Below are positions 20,987-31,465 of a DNA stretch of 64,000 bases, piece after piece. The DNA comes from Alphaproteobacteria bacterium (GTDB lineage: Bacteria > Pseudomonadota > Alphaproteobacteria > Bin95). The stretch covers positions 2,368,001 through 2,432,000 of the forward strand of contig CBDBGH010000003.1 of assembly GCA_965205265.1 (NCBI GenBank), written 5' to 3'. The translations under genes were made by a program, and so were the position numbers. A model generated the notes under the pieces. The model did not search any database, was not told the origin of the DNA, and was given only the letters and a program-made list of their open reading frames with translations. The stretch's first letter is position 1; every line of letters begins with the position of its first letter.

Positions 20987-22900
20987 CTGACTTCGACGGT
21001 TGATTCGCATAAGTAGTTGATATTGCCTGGTTCTCATTTCGGCTAGGCACTACATCCGGCATTTCTTCGAGCCGTGCTTCGTCGACGGTCAGGCGAGTTG
21101 ATACGGGGTGATCGTCAGGGGCAGCCCCATGGTTGCGTAAATCTGCTCCGCCGCCGGTGTCGGCTTCGAGGGGATGACGTAGCGGTTGCCCGATTGCCGA
21201 CAGCGCAGCAGGGAGCACTGGCGGTGGACGAGGGCGGAGCGGATGACCTCCGGGGACATCCGCCGCTTCTGGATGGCGACGCGGTACGCAAGGTGTCGAA
21301 CGCAGGCGAAGGCCAGGAAGGCGATGGCGATGTGAGCGCGGATCCGGTCCGGGTTCCAGTGCCAGATGGGACGTATCTTCAGGTCGTGTTTGGTGATCCG
21401 GAAGCTCTCCTCGACCTGCCAGAGCCCCTGGTAGTGAGCCATCACTTCGGTGACGCGCGCGTCGCGCAGATTGGTGATGACGCCGGTGAGCCCGTCCCAT
21501 CGTGCGGCCTCGGCGATCTTCTCCGGGTTCACCGTGAGCCGTGCGTCGCCCTCGACGGCGATGAAGCGCTTCGCCCCGTGATTGGAGAGCAGTTCCCTGG
21601 GATTGTCGCTGCGGGCCAGCCTGTCGAGCAGGCGTTCCACCTGATGGCGGCGCTCGTGCGCGTCCTTGCGTGCGCGCTGGGGGCAGAAGACGACGATCAG
21701 GCGACGGCCCTTGTACTCCCACTCGCCGACCCGGCGGTCCTGTGAGCCCTCCAGCGGGGCATAGGTCCCGGGGTCGAGAACCTGCCCCAGCAGCGCGAGC
21801 GGCAGCTTGCGCAGCCGCGCGCCGACGACATACTCGCCGCCGATGGCGTCCATGGCGTCGAGGTTGTCGGCGCTCAGCATGCCCCGGTCGGCCACGCATA
21901 CCGTGCGCTCCACCTGGTGGCGGCGCTGCATGTCCTGCAGGACCGGGACCATGCTGTGTCCCTCGTAGGTGGCGCCGGGGAAGACCTCGTAGCTGATCGG
22001 CAGCCCTTCGCGCGTCACCATCAGCGCCAGCAGAACCTGCGAGTCCTTGTGTTTGCCGTCCTTGCTGAAGCCGTGCTGGCGAAGCTCGTCCTCGGCGGCC
22101 GTCTCGAAGTAGAGCGTGGTGCAATCGAAGAAGAGGATCGCGACCGGCTCCGGCAGCAGCGACCGGCTCGCCTCGCCGACGCGCGTGCGCAGTCGCTCGA
22201 TCACCGTCGCGTCGAGCTGATCCATCATCCGGTAGACCTTCTCGAGCGGAAGACTCACGCCGAAGTCCTCCTCGAGCCGGCGCACGCTGCCCCGCTTGCT
22301 GTCGGGGTTGGCTACCCGCGCCATCACCACATGGAACAGCGCGTCATGGGAGGCCCGGTAGCGCGAGCGCGGCAGCAGCGCGTCGAGGCCCAGCAGCCGG
22401 TAGATCTCGCCATAGACCTCGTGGATGCCTGTGATCAGGCGCTGCTCCTCTTCAAGCTGCTTGAGGTCGACCGGGAGTTCCTCCTTGCCGTCCCCCCGGC
22501 GGCCGACACGGATCGCCTGCTCAGCGATCTTCTCGGGCGCAAACAATGCCGGCTGACGCTCGTCCTCCAGCTTCGCCTTGACGTACTCGCCGAGCTGCCT
22601 CAGGCGCTCGAGCTCGTCCTCGTCCATGGCCACGCCGACATGGCGGACGATGCGCTGTCGGACCTTGCCGCCGTCGCGCACGGCCTCGACGATCTGGACC
22701 GAGCGTCGCGGGCTGTTGGGGGAGGTCTTGATGCGCACGAACATGGGGGGAGTGTAGCGCGTGGCGGAGGCATTGACAGTCTCAAAGATTTACTAGGCAC
22801 TACAACGCAGCTTGACCGCACCGCAACTGCCAACTCATTGGCTTTACTGAAAACTCCAGACGCGAGATCGGTCAGAAGTCAGCCCAACCGTCGAAGTCAG
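20987..22900 (-). mobile_element. IS1634-family element, copy 1 (~1914 bp)
   Basis: TIRs (C)CTGACTTCGACGGTTG / CAACCGTCGAAGTCAG(G); flanked by a 200-bp direct repeat at 20787-20986 and 22901-23100 (ends ambiguous by 1 bp). Confidence 0.9.
21089..22744 (-). CDS. IS1634-family DDE transposase
   Basis: FFDCTTLYFE, GFSKDGK, VADRGM, YQGLWQVEESFRITK, RPIWH, RIRAHI. Confidence 0.9.
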   Translation of the reverse strand: MFVRIKTSPNSPRRSVQIVEAVRDGGKVRQRIVRHVGVAMDEDELERLRQLGEYVKAKLEDERQPALFAPEKIAEQAIRVGRRGDGKEELPVDLKQLEEEQRLITGIHEVYGEIYRLLGLDALLPRSRYRASHDALFHVVMARVANPDSKRGSVRRLEEDFGVSLPLEKVYRMMDQLDATVIERLRTRVGEASRSLLPEPVAILFFDCTTLYFETAAEDELRQHGFSKDGKHKDSQVLLALMVTREGLPISYEVFPGATYEGHSMVPVLQDMQRRHQVERTVCVADRGMLSADNLDAMDAIGGEYVVGARLRKLPLALLGQVLDPGTYAPLEGSQDRRVGEWEYKGRRLIVVFCPQRARKDAHERRHQVERLLDRLARSDNPRELLSNHGAKRFIAVEGDARLTVNPEKIAEAARWDGLTGVITNLRDARVTEVMAHYQGLWQVEESFRITKHDLKIRPIWHWNPDRIRAHIAIAFLAFACVRHLAYRVAIQKRRMSPEVIRSALVHRQCSLLRCRQSGNRYVIPSKPTPAAEQIYATMGLPLTITPYQLA

Positions 22901-22903
22901 GAG

Positions 22904-23257
22904 TCATTCCGCCTCGGCCGGCGCCCTGACCGACAGCGCCCGCACGCGACGCCAGTCCAGGCCCGCGAACAAGGCCTCGAACTGCGCATGGTTCAACGTC
23001 ATCGCCCCGTCCCGGATCGCCGGCCACACAAAGCCTTGCTCCTCCAGGCGCTTGTAGACCATGACCAGGCCGGTCCCGTCCCAGTAGATCAGCTTCAGCC
23101 TGTCGCTGCGCTTCGCCCGGAACACGAACACCGTGCCCGTGAACGGGTCACGGCGCAGCGCGCTCTTCACATAGGCCACAAGACCGTCGTGCTGCTTCCT
23201 GAAGTCGACGGGCTTCGTCGCGACCATGATCCGCACCCGGTTCGAGGGGAAGATCAT
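22904..23257 (-). CDS. tnpB: IS66 accessory protein TnpB (intact)
   Basis: PVDFRK, VFVFRAKRSDRLKLIYWDGTG, KRLE. Confidence 0.9.
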   Translation of the reverse strand: MIFPSNRVRIMVATKPVDFRKQHDGLVAYVKSALRRDPFTGTVFVFRAKRSDRLKLIYWDGTGLVMVYKRLEEQGFVWPAIRDGAMTLNHAQFEALFAGLDWRRVRALSVRAPAEAE

Positions 23258-23676
23258 GACGACGCGTTCAGCGCAGAGACGATCTCCGCCAGCCGGACCG
23301 CCGGCACCGCCGCGTCCAGACGGACCGTAACCCGGTCCAGGACCACTTCCACACGCGCGCCGCTCACCTCGGCACCGCCGCGCCCTTCAGCCCGCACCAC
23401 AAGCGGCGCAAACTCCACGCCCGCTTCCGCCGCAGGCAAAACAAGACGCCCATCCCGCGCCAGACGCCCATCCCGCGCCAGGCGCCGCCACCCCGTCACC
23501 TGGTTCGAATGAATATCGTATCGCCGCGCAACGGCGCGAACCGTCGCCCCAGGCTCCAGCGTCTCCGCAACAATCCGAGCCTTCACTTCGTCCGGCCAGC
23601 GACGACGACCGCCACGCGCCGGAAGCACTTCTACCGTCCTGTGTGTCTCAACTGAGCCCAACAATGTGAAACTCAC
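23254..23676 (-). CDS. tnpA: IS66 TnpA (HTH)
   Basis: RRRWPDEVKARIVAETLEPGATVRAVARRY. Confidence 0.85.
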   Translation of the reverse strand: MSFTLLGSVETHRTVEVLPARGGRRRWPDEVKARIVAETLEPGATVRAVARRYDIHSNQVTGWRRLARDGRLARDGRLVLPAAEAGVEFAPLVVRAEGRGGAEVSGARVEVVLDRVTVRLDAAVPAVRLAEIVSALNASS

Positions 23677-23749
23677 CTCCTGCCCAACTCGCAGGCGTGA
23701 ATCTCAAATCAGAACCGAACCTGGAAGGTGCCCCGCTCGCCCCGCTTAC

Positions 23750-25307
23750 GACGGGCAGCATCGACACGCTGCTGGTGCTGAGCGCGATGGTCGTGGCGGC
23801 GCTGATGGTGTTCGGCGCGCTGGACGCGTTGCGGGCGCGCGTGCTGGTCCGCGTGGGAGCGTGGCTGGATCGCGTCCTGAGCGGCGAGGTGCTGAGCGGT
23901 GCCGTGGCGGAGGCGCTGCGCTCCGGCGGGGCGGTGTCCGCGCAGGGGCTCCGTGATCTGGGGACGGTACGGGGCTATCTGGGTGCCGGCGCCGTGCTGC
24001 CATTGTTCGATGCCCCCTGGGCACCCGTGTTCCCGGGGATCGTGTTTCTGATCCATCCGGTCCTCGGCTGGATCGCTTTGGGGGGCGCGCTGGCACTGTT
24101 CGGTTGCGCGGTTCTGAACGATCTCGCCACCCGGAGGCGCATTTCGGCGGCGAATGCATCAGGGGCGTCGGCACTGAATGCGGCGGACGCGGCGGTGCGC
24201 AACGCAGACGCCATCATGGCGATGGGCATGCTCCCGGACGTGGCGCGCCGCTGGCAGGAGACGACTGCGCACGGGCTGGGCTTGCAGACCGCGGCCAGCA
24301 GCGCGTCCGGAAGCATTGCGGCACTGGCGAAGTTCCTGCGCCTCGGTCTCCAGGTCTCGATACTCGGGACGGGCGCGTATCTCGTGGTGCTGGGGCAGAT
24401 GACAGCAGGCGGGATGATTGCGGCGTCGATCATCGGGGCGCGCGGCCTGGCGCCGATGGAGCAGCTCATCACCGCGTGGCGCGCGATGATCACGGCGCGG
24501 GCGGCGCACGGGCGGGTACGCGCCGTGATCTCGCAGGGCGAGCATGGGGCGGGGGGGACGTCATTGCCCCGACCGAAGGGGCGTGTGGACCTCGAAGGGG
24601 TGAGCTACGTGCCGCCGGGGATGCGCCGCCCGGTGGTGCGCTCAGCGAGCTTCCGGCTCGAGGCGGGTCAGGTCCTGGGGATTGTCGGGCCTTCGGGCGC
24701 AGGGAAGACGACGCTGGTGCGCCTCATCGTGGGCTCGCTGGCGCCGACGGCGGGGCATGTCCGCCTCGACGGTGCGGACGTGGCGGCATGGGGATCGGCG
24801 GACCGCGGCCGCCACGTGGGCTATCTCCCGCAGACCATCGAGCTGTTCGCAGGGACGGTCCGCGACAACATCGCCCGGCTGGGCCGCGCGTCCGACGATG
24901 CCGTGGTGGCCGCGGGACAGCTTGCCGAGGCGCACGAGACGATCCTCGGGCTTTCCGCAGGCTACGACACGCTGATCGGTGAAGGCGGGCTTCCCGTGTC
25001 GGGCGGGCAGCGCCAGCGCATCGGGCTGGCGCGGGCGGTGTACGGCGACCCGGCGCTGGTGGTGCTCGACGAACCAAATGCACATCTGGACGCGGAGGGG
25101 GAGCAGGCCCTGATCCGGACCATCGCACGGCTGCGCGAACGGGGGACGACCGTGGTGCTGATCGCGCAGCGCACGGGGACGATGGCGCAGGCGGATTGGA
25201 TCCTGGTGCTGCAGGAGGGGAGGATTACGTCGTTCGGACAGCGCGAAACCGTGCTGGATGCCGTGGGTACTGCGCGCCGAGCGCCGCGGTCCGCGCCGGC
25301 GTCATGA
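23750..25307 (+). pseudogene. Type I secretion permease/ATPase (PrtD/AprD family), 5'-truncated by IS66
   Basis: TGSIDTLLVL begins directly at the IS end; DAPW, GPSGAGKTT, SGGQRQR, LDEPNAHLD. Confidence 0.8.
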
Positions 25308-26665
25308 GCCGGGAGCTCGCGCCGGCACGCAGCCCATTGCCCCTCCGGCTGCAGGAGAGCCCGACCCTTGAAGCGCCGTCCTTTGGCGAGCGCCGCCCGA
25401 ATGTCGGCCGGCTCATGGCCTTTGGGGGAATGCTGATCGCAGTGTTCATCGGTGGCTTCGCGCTGTGGGCGGCCCTGGCGCCCCTGGAGAGCGCGGCGAT
25501 CGCCGCCGGCGTGGTGGGCGTGAGCGGCGAGCGCAAGACGGTGCAGCACCTCGAAGGGGGGATCGTGGCCGCGATTCCCGTTTCTGAAGGCGACCAGGTC
25601 GCCGCCGGGGACATGGTGCTGCTGCTGGACGATACGAATCCGAGGACCTCGCTGTCTCTCCTTGAGATGCAATACCACTCGGCGCTGGCGCTGGAGGCGC
25701 GCCTGCAAGCGGAGCGGGACGGCTTGGCCGCGATTCGCTGGCCGGAGACCCTGCTGGCCGGCACGGCTTGGGAGGAGGTACTCGCGACCCAGGAGCGGAT
25801 CTTCGAGGCGCGCAGGGGCTCGCTTGCGAACGAGACGGCGATCTACAAACAGCGGATTGGCCAGCTTCGTCGGCAGGCCGAAGGACTTGAGGACCACATC
25901 GAGTCCCAGGACCGCCAGCTTGCGCTGCTGGCCGAGGAGGAGGAAGCCGCGCGTACGCTGTTCGAGGAAGGCTACGAGCGGAAGCCGCGTCTGCTGGCCG
26001 TGCAGCGGCGGCTGGCGGAGGTTGCCGGGGAACGGGCCCGCAATGCTGCGGAAATTGCGCGGATCGACGAGCGCATCGGCGAAACCCGGCTCATGATGGC
26101 GCAGAGCGGGACGGAACGACACACCGAAGTGACGACGCAGTTGCGGGAGGTCGAGACTCGGCTCTCGGATGTACGAGAGCGATTGATCGCTGCCCGCGAC
26201 GTGCTTGCCCGCACGCGGGTGGTTGCGCCGGTATCCGGGACGATCATGGGCCTCCAAGTGTTCACCGTGGGAGGGGTCATCGCACCGGGACAAGAGCTGA
26301 TGGACATCGTCCCAGAGGACGATTCACTGGTCGTCGAGGCTCGGGTGGCGCCGACCGACATCGACTCGGTGGCGATTGGCCTGCCCGCACAGGTTCGCCT
26401 CACGGCGTTCTCGCTGCTTACCACACCGCCACTCGACGGTAAGGTGATTCGCATCTCGGCCGACCGGTTTACGGATCGGGAGAGCGGAGCCTCGTGGTAC
26501 GAGGCGCGGGTCGCGCTCGATCCAGGCCAGCCGGAACTTGCGGATCTGGAGCTGCTGCCCGGTATGCCGGCGGAGGTGATGATCCTCACCGGCGCGAGCA
26601 GTCCGATCGAATACCTGCTCAAGCCAATCTTGGCCAGTTTCAGGCGCGCGCTCCGCGAGCAGTGA
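25304..26665 (+). CDS. HlyD-family type I secretion membrane fusion protein
   Basis: WAALAPLESA, VQHLEGGIV, APVSGTI, PGMPAEV, YLLKP; ATGA overlap with the ABC gene. Confidence 0.9.
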   Translation: MSRELAPARSPLPLRLQESPTLEAPSFGERRPNVGRLMAFGGMLIAVFIGGFALWAALAPLESAAIAAGVVGVSGERKTVQHLEGGIVAAIPVSEGDQVAAGDMVLLLDDTNPRTSLSLLEMQYHSALALEARLQAERDGLAAIRWPETLLAGTAWEEVLATQERIFEARRGSLANETAIYKQRIGQLRRQAEGLEDHIESQDRQLALLAEEEEAARTLFEEGYERKPRLLAVQRRLAEVAGERARNAAEIARIDERIGETRLMMAQSGTERHTEVTTQLREVETRLSDVRERLIAARDVLARTRVVAPVSGTIMGLQVFTVGGVIAPGQELMDIVPEDDSLVVEARVAPTDIDSVAIGLPAQVRLTAFSLLTTPPLDGKVIRISADRFTDRESGASWYEARVALDPGQPELADLELLPGMPAEVMILTGASSPIEYLLKPILASFRRALREQ

Positions 26666-26738
26666 GGTTCCGCGTTCCTGCCGCCGCGCAGCGAATCTCG
26701 CTTGCACTCGTCGCCGCGAACGGGACAAGAAATGCGGG

Positions 26739-27168
26739 CAGACCCAGAGTGCTCGACGTCTTCAGCGCCGCCTTCAGGCAGTCATACACGGGGCGCAAGT
26801 GGAACGCCGCCTTGCCGACCCAGTCGGCCAGAGTCGAGCGGTCCAGCTCCAGTCCCGAACGCGCGTAGATCCGGCTCTGACGGTACAACGGACAATGGTC
26901 AGCGTATTTCGAGATTAGCACATGCGCAATGGCGCCTTCGGTCGGCAGCGCGCCCTCGATCAGCCGGGCCGGCGCCGGCGCCTGGGTGACGCCTCCCTCG
27001 CAGGTCCGGCAGGCGTATTTCGGGCGCACGGTCACGATCACCCGCAACTGCGCCGGCACGATGTCGAGCCTCTCGGCGCGATCCTCGCCGATCCGCACCA
27101 TCTCCCCGCAGCCGCAGGGGCAGAGCGTACTCTCCGGCTCGATCACCTGCTCGATCCGGGGCAGGTGT
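26739..27168 (-). pseudogene. Internal fragment of a second IS66 tnpC
   Basis: HLPRIEQVIEPESTLCPCGCG...LKTSS, near-identical to part of the tnpC at ~19.9-20.4 kb. Confidence 0.85.
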
Positions 27169-27422
27169 GCCGGCTGGGCACCCGTACAGAAGCATGGCCC
27201 GGACCGCGATCGGCTTCTGTCACTGATGGCGCGGCTTGCCGACAAGCGCCAATGGGCGATCTGCGGCGCGTCGATCAAGGTCAGACTCGGCGACAATCAG
27301 GGTGAGACGGGAGCCGGCGACCGGGATCCGATATTCTCGCACAATGCCGATTACGGGCAAACGGTCCCAATGGCCACGCCCGCGAAGACGTGGGGTTGGC
27401 TATTGGTCCTGTCGCGGGGAGA

Positions 27423-27606
27423 CTACCTTCCATTGCCGTCTATGTTCATGATGGCCTGGATAGCGTGCCCGATCCGTTCGGCGGCGGCTTCAATGTCGCG
27501 GTCCACAGGGTGTGCGTATCGGAGTGTCATCTGCACGTTCGAATGACCGAGCGGCCGGGAGACCACCGGCACCGGCACGCCATTCATGACCGCATGGCTC
27601 GCATAG
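27423..27606 (-). pseudogene. C-terminal relic of a third gene-2-type tyrosine recombinase
   Basis: YASHAVMNGVPVPVVSRPLGHSNVQMTLRYAH. Confidence 0.8.
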
Positions 27607-28067
27607 GTCTTCCATCGCACCGCCGAGCGGGTCCGGGCCCATGTCCTAATCTGCATGCTGGCGTACTACGTCGAGTGGCATATGCGCCGGAAGCTCCGGG
27701 CGCTGCTGTTCGACGACGAGGAGCCTGAGGTCGCCGAGGCCCGGCGCCCATCCGTCGTCGCGCCGACCCGGCGCTCCCGCCGCGCAGAGCACAAGGCACG
27801 GACCCGGCGCACCGCCGACGGCGAGCCGGTGCACAGCTTCCGCACCCTGCTCCAGGACCTCGCCACCGTCTGCCGGAACACCATCGCGCCCCGGTTGCCG
27901 GGGGCCGAGCCCTTCGACGTCGTCACCCGGCCCATCCCGATCTAGGAGAAAGCCTTCAAGCTGCTCGGCGTGCGGTTGACGTGTAGCCAGTGGCGCGCGG
28001 TCGAAAAATCATGATTGCCCGCTGGATCAGGCACTTACCTCTTCCACTTTCTGGAACTTGAGGTTAA
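27607..28067 (+). pseudogene. 3' relic of a different IS1634-like transposase with probable IS end
   Basis: HRTAERVRAHVLICMLAYYVEWHMR; premature TAG before EKAFKLLG; end-like sequence GGAACTTGAGGTTAA. Confidence 0.7.
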
Positions 28068-28658
28068 TCGGAACTCGTAGGATACTTTTCTAACTGTGCC
28101 CGTCTTGTGATCTTCGATCAGTTGAGCCATGACGCATCTTGCTGCTTCAACACCATATTGCTCATTATATCGGTAAACTTGATTAAGCATAGTAAGCCAA
28201 TCCCCGCCGGATACTCCATCTGGTCGAGCAAATCCCAACTCTCCTAATCTACGCAACGTTATTGCAAAGTCAGCACCTAATTGTGTACCTTCGTGGTGCT
28301 CCAGTTCATCTGGCGTATCCAGCTGTTCCAAAAGATGTTTTGTGCCAGTTCGTAACAACCTCAATATTAGATCTCGTACTTCGTTGGCTTGTCGGTACAA
28401 AAGTTCAGCTTTCTTATATCTGTGACGTTTCTTAATTTCAACACACCAAATAATGTATGGCCAATTGAAATACAGAAAACTACCAATTCCAACAATAATC
28501 AAACCCACATATATGGATTGAATGTCTATAATTGCCTCAAACAATTCTTTGGCTTTTTCCGAAGGACCGGAGAAAAACTGTTGGGTAACGGCTCCAACCC
28601 ATCCCGCGCTCACTATACTGCCAGCCGCGCGAGCCGCATTCTTTCGCTTCGTGTCCAT
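28035..28658 (-). CDS. Low-GC hypothetical membrane protein
   Basis: AT-rich ORF with hydrophobic segments; its 3' end runs into the IS relic. Confidence 0.55.
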   Translation of the reverse strand: MDTKRKNAARAAGSIVSAGWVGAVTQQFFSGPSEKAKELFEAIIDIQSIYVGLIIVGIGSFLYFNWPYIIWCVEIKKRHRYKKAELLYRQANEVRDLILRLLRTGTKHLLEQLDTPDELEHHEGTQLGADFAITLRRLGELGFARPDGVSGGDWLTMLNQVYRYNEQYGVEAARCVMAQLIEDHKTGTVRKVSYEFRLTSSSRKWKR

Positions 28659-28738
28659 ATATGAATATTACAGTTTTTGTCTGAAATTGCAACACATCCT
28701 TACTTCAGACTCTGTAGAAACTTTGGTACCATAATCAT

Positions 28739-29263
28739 TAGCAGGCTGCGGAAGAACGTCCTGAGTGGGGGATTTTGTAGGCGCTTGTGGGCGTGATCGT
28801 GGTGATCGGCTCGATTTGTTCGAAGGGAAAAGTCGGCCGAGGCGGCGCAGCGGTGCAGCACTGCGGACCCCCGCCTTCGCGAGGGCAGACGGGAAGCCTT
28901 GTCGGGCGCGGCGTCGGCGTGACGGAGCGCGCAACGGCGGCCCTGCGCCGGGTCCCGGCGGTCATGGGGCAGCCTTTAAGAGCTTCGGCAGGCGGATCAG
29001 GTCGTAGGCTGCAAGCGCCAGGGTGAACTGCCAGTCCACCCGGGCCAGGCCGCGATGCCGGGTCTTCGAGAGGCGCGCCACCGTCTTCACCCAGACGAAG
29101 ACCTCCTCGATCCGTTTGCGGTGAACCTGGCTCGCTTGATACCCCTCGCTCGCCGCCATCTCCTCGCCGATATTCGAGCGCCGGCCCGCGGTGTTGCGCG
29201 CCGCATGCGCCTCAGCGCCGAAGGCTTTGCAGGTCCTGACGAACTCCGCCGTGTCATAGGCAT
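28739..29263 (-). pseudogene. IS5-family transposase C-terminal relic with IS end
   Basis: YDTAEFV...RKRIEEVFVWVK...RHRG...AAYDLIRL (stop 28962); end TTCCGCAGCCTGCTA. Confidence 0.7.
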
Positions 29264-29345
29264 ACAGGGGGGCTTCCGCTTCCCGGTCCCTGCGAGCAGG
29301 CTGGCGCCGGTCCCGAATGAGCGTCGACGAGAAACGGAGGACACG

Positions 29346-30083
29346 ATGACCGAATCTGAAGACCGAACCGCGAATCGGCCAGGTTTCTGGAACAGGCTCC
29401 ACAGGGCCGTCGTCGCGATTGAGCCTTGGAGCATCCTGGTGGCCGTTGTTGCGCTTCTCCTCACCGTCCTGCAGTTCTGGATCGAGTATCGGGATCGCGT
29501 GAACGAGCGGGTGGTGCGGGCTTGGACTCTTGTCACCACTGCTGCGCCCGGTAGCAGCGGCAAGAAGGAGGCGCTCGAATACCTGAACAGACAGGACGGA
29601 TGGCTTTGCTTCGAGGAGCAGCCGTGGGAGGGCTGTGCCGTCCTCCTGAAGTCGCGCTCCCCACTCGTCGGGATCAATCTGTCCGAGAAGCACCTCGGGG
29701 AAGGCGGAGCATTTCTCGGCGAGATCAACCTTCCAGAGGCTAACCTATTCGAGACCAATTTCTCAGGAGCGAATCTTGTCAGGGCAAACTTCTCAGGAGC
29801 GAACCTCCTCAGGGCAAACTTCTCAGGAGCGAGCCTCATCGGGGCGAACTTGTCAGAGGCACGCCTCCGTTCGGCGATTCTCCTAGGGGCGAACCTCTCA
29901 GGGGCGAACCTCTCAGGGGCGAACCTCCTAGGGGCGATCTTCTCAGGGGCGGACCTCTCAGGGGCGAACCTCTCAAGGGCGAACCAACTTTCTCAGCGGC
30001 AAATTGCTGCGGCTTGCGCGTTGCCAGATAACCCTCCGTCCCTGCCTCTATCGTTGACTTGGAACGAACGCCCGTGTCGATGA
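29346..30083 (+). CDS. Membrane-anchored pentapeptide repeat protein
   Basis: TM helix followed by A(N/D)(L/F)xx repeats; GGAGG RBS; 15-bp DNA repeat units AACCTCTCAGGGGCG. Confidence 0.85.
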   Translation: MTESEDRTANRPGFWNRLHRAVVAIEPWSILVAVVALLLTVLQFWIEYRDRVNERVVRAWTLVTTAAPGSSGKKEALEYLNRQDGWLCFEEQPWEGCAVLLKSRSPLVGINLSEKHLGEGGAFLGEINLPEANLFETNFSGANLVRANFSGANLLRANFSGASLIGANLSEARLRSAILLGANLSGANLSGANLLGAIFSGADLSGANLSRANQLSQRQIAAACALPDNPPSLPLSLTWNERPCR

Positions 30084-30307
30084 CACGAAATCCAAATAGT
30101 GTCTCAATCCGGGACGCACTCCAGTTCTTGGCGGGGCGTAATGGGTGTCGTTAAGCACCGAGCTCTGACCCTTCATGATCGAATGCGATCAATCGCTTAT
30201 GGCGTTGATCGGCGTCCAAGCATAGCGCCGGGCAACACGTTATGGGCCATAGTTGGTGGTGTTGTGGGCGTGGTATGCGGTCATCTCACGGCGCTTCGTC
30301 GGCGCAG

Positions 30308-31462
30308 TCAGGATCGACCTCCGGCCATGACATCCGCGATTCTATCGCCGACCCTTTCGGCTGCCGCCTCTATGTCACGGTCTGCAAGGTGGGCATAGCG
30401 CAGCGTCATTTGCACATTGGAATGGCCGAGCAAACGGGAGACCACCGGGACCGGCACCCCGTTCATGACCGCATGGCTCGCCATCGTGTGCCGCAGGTCG
30501 TGAAGGCGCACATCCTCGATACCGGCTTCCCGCCGAGCGCGGTACCAGAGCGGGAGAGTGACGCCGCGATGCCGCGAGGGATCGAGCGGCGACGGAAAGA
30601 CAAAGTCACTTTCTCCCCGAGGTTGGCGGTCGAGAATGCGCCGGGCTTGGCTGTTCAACGGAACCTGCCTCGGACCCGTCTTGCTGTCCGCAAGGACGAG
30701 CACGTCGGGATGAACCTCCGACCAGCGCAGGCAAACGATCTCGCCCTTGCGGCACCCGGTCAGAAGGAGAAGCCGGATGATGTCGGCCTGCTGGCGGCAT
30801 TCCTTCCGAGTCTGCGCGTCGAGGACCCGGTGAAGACGACCGACCTCCTCAAGGGACAGGAACCGCGTCAGCGTGGCACGCCGGTTCTTTCTCACGTCGC
30901 GCGCCGGATTCGTGTCGATATGGCCGCTGGCAACGGCGAAATTCATGATTTGCTGCAACACCTCGAGAGCACGATTGGAGCCGCCTGGGGCCGTTCGGCT
31001 GTAACGTTCGAACCATTGCCTGACATGCGCTGGAGTTATGCGGTCCAGAGGTTTCGTTCCGAATGCCGGAAGCAACCGGGTGTTGAGACGATAGGAGTCG
31101 GAACGCTGGGTTGATTGCTTGTAGCGGTCGAAATGGGTTTTCTTCCAAGGCCCTGCAACGAAGTCCCGGAACTGGGGAACCGTGCGCTGTGGCTTCCCTG
31201 TCTTCTCCAACTCCGGATTCGCCTTGCGCGCGTGGCATTCCCGACGAGCCTCGACGACCGTCCTCGCCGAAACCAGACCGAGCGAGAGGCGTCGCGAACG
31301 GCCGCCAATCTCCAGCAGCAGGACGTAGCTCTTTCCACCGGAGGGCCGGACGCGGACCCCCAGGCCCGTCATGCGGCTGTCCCAGACCGTGAATTCCTGT
31401 TCGCGGGGACGGAGACGGGCAATGGCCGCCTCGGTCAATTTCATCCTCTCTCTTGCTGCCAC
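30308..31462 (-). CDS. Tyrosine recombinase (pair B, gene 2)
   Basis: Same motifs as 17406-18671; HDLRH, TLRYAH. Confidence 0.9.
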   Translation of the reverse strand: MAARERMKLTEAAIARLRPREQEFTVWDSRMTGLGVRVRPSGGKSYVLLLEIGGRSRRLSLGLVSARTVVEARRECHARKANPELEKTGKPQRTVPQFRDFVAGPWKKTHFDRYKQSTQRSDSYRLNTRLLPAFGTKPLDRITPAHVRQWFERYSRTAPGGSNRALEVLQQIMNFAVASGHIDTNPARDVRKNRRATLTRFLSLEEVGRLHRVLDAQTRKECRQQADIIRLLLLTGCRKGEIVCLRWSEVHPDVLVLADSKTGPRQVPLNSQARRILDRQPRGESDFVFPSPLDPSRHRGVTLPLWYRARREAGIEDVRLHDLRHTMASHAVMNGVPVPVVSRLLGHSNVQMTLRYAHLADRDIEAAAERVGDRIADVMAGGRS

Positions 31463-31465
31463 CGC

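Larger units (their letters stand above)
19064..23749 (-). mobile_element. IS66-family element interrupted by an IS1634-family insertion
   Basis: Imperfect TIRs GTAAGCGGTGCGCGAAGGGCACC (19064) and GGTGCCCCGCTCGCCCCGCTTAC (ends 23749); contains tnpA, tnpB and tnpC. Confidence 0.9.

Noticed and set aside
29750-29990. CRISPR-like array
   Set aside because: The 15-bp units are in-frame pentapeptide codons with no unique spacers, and there are no cas genes
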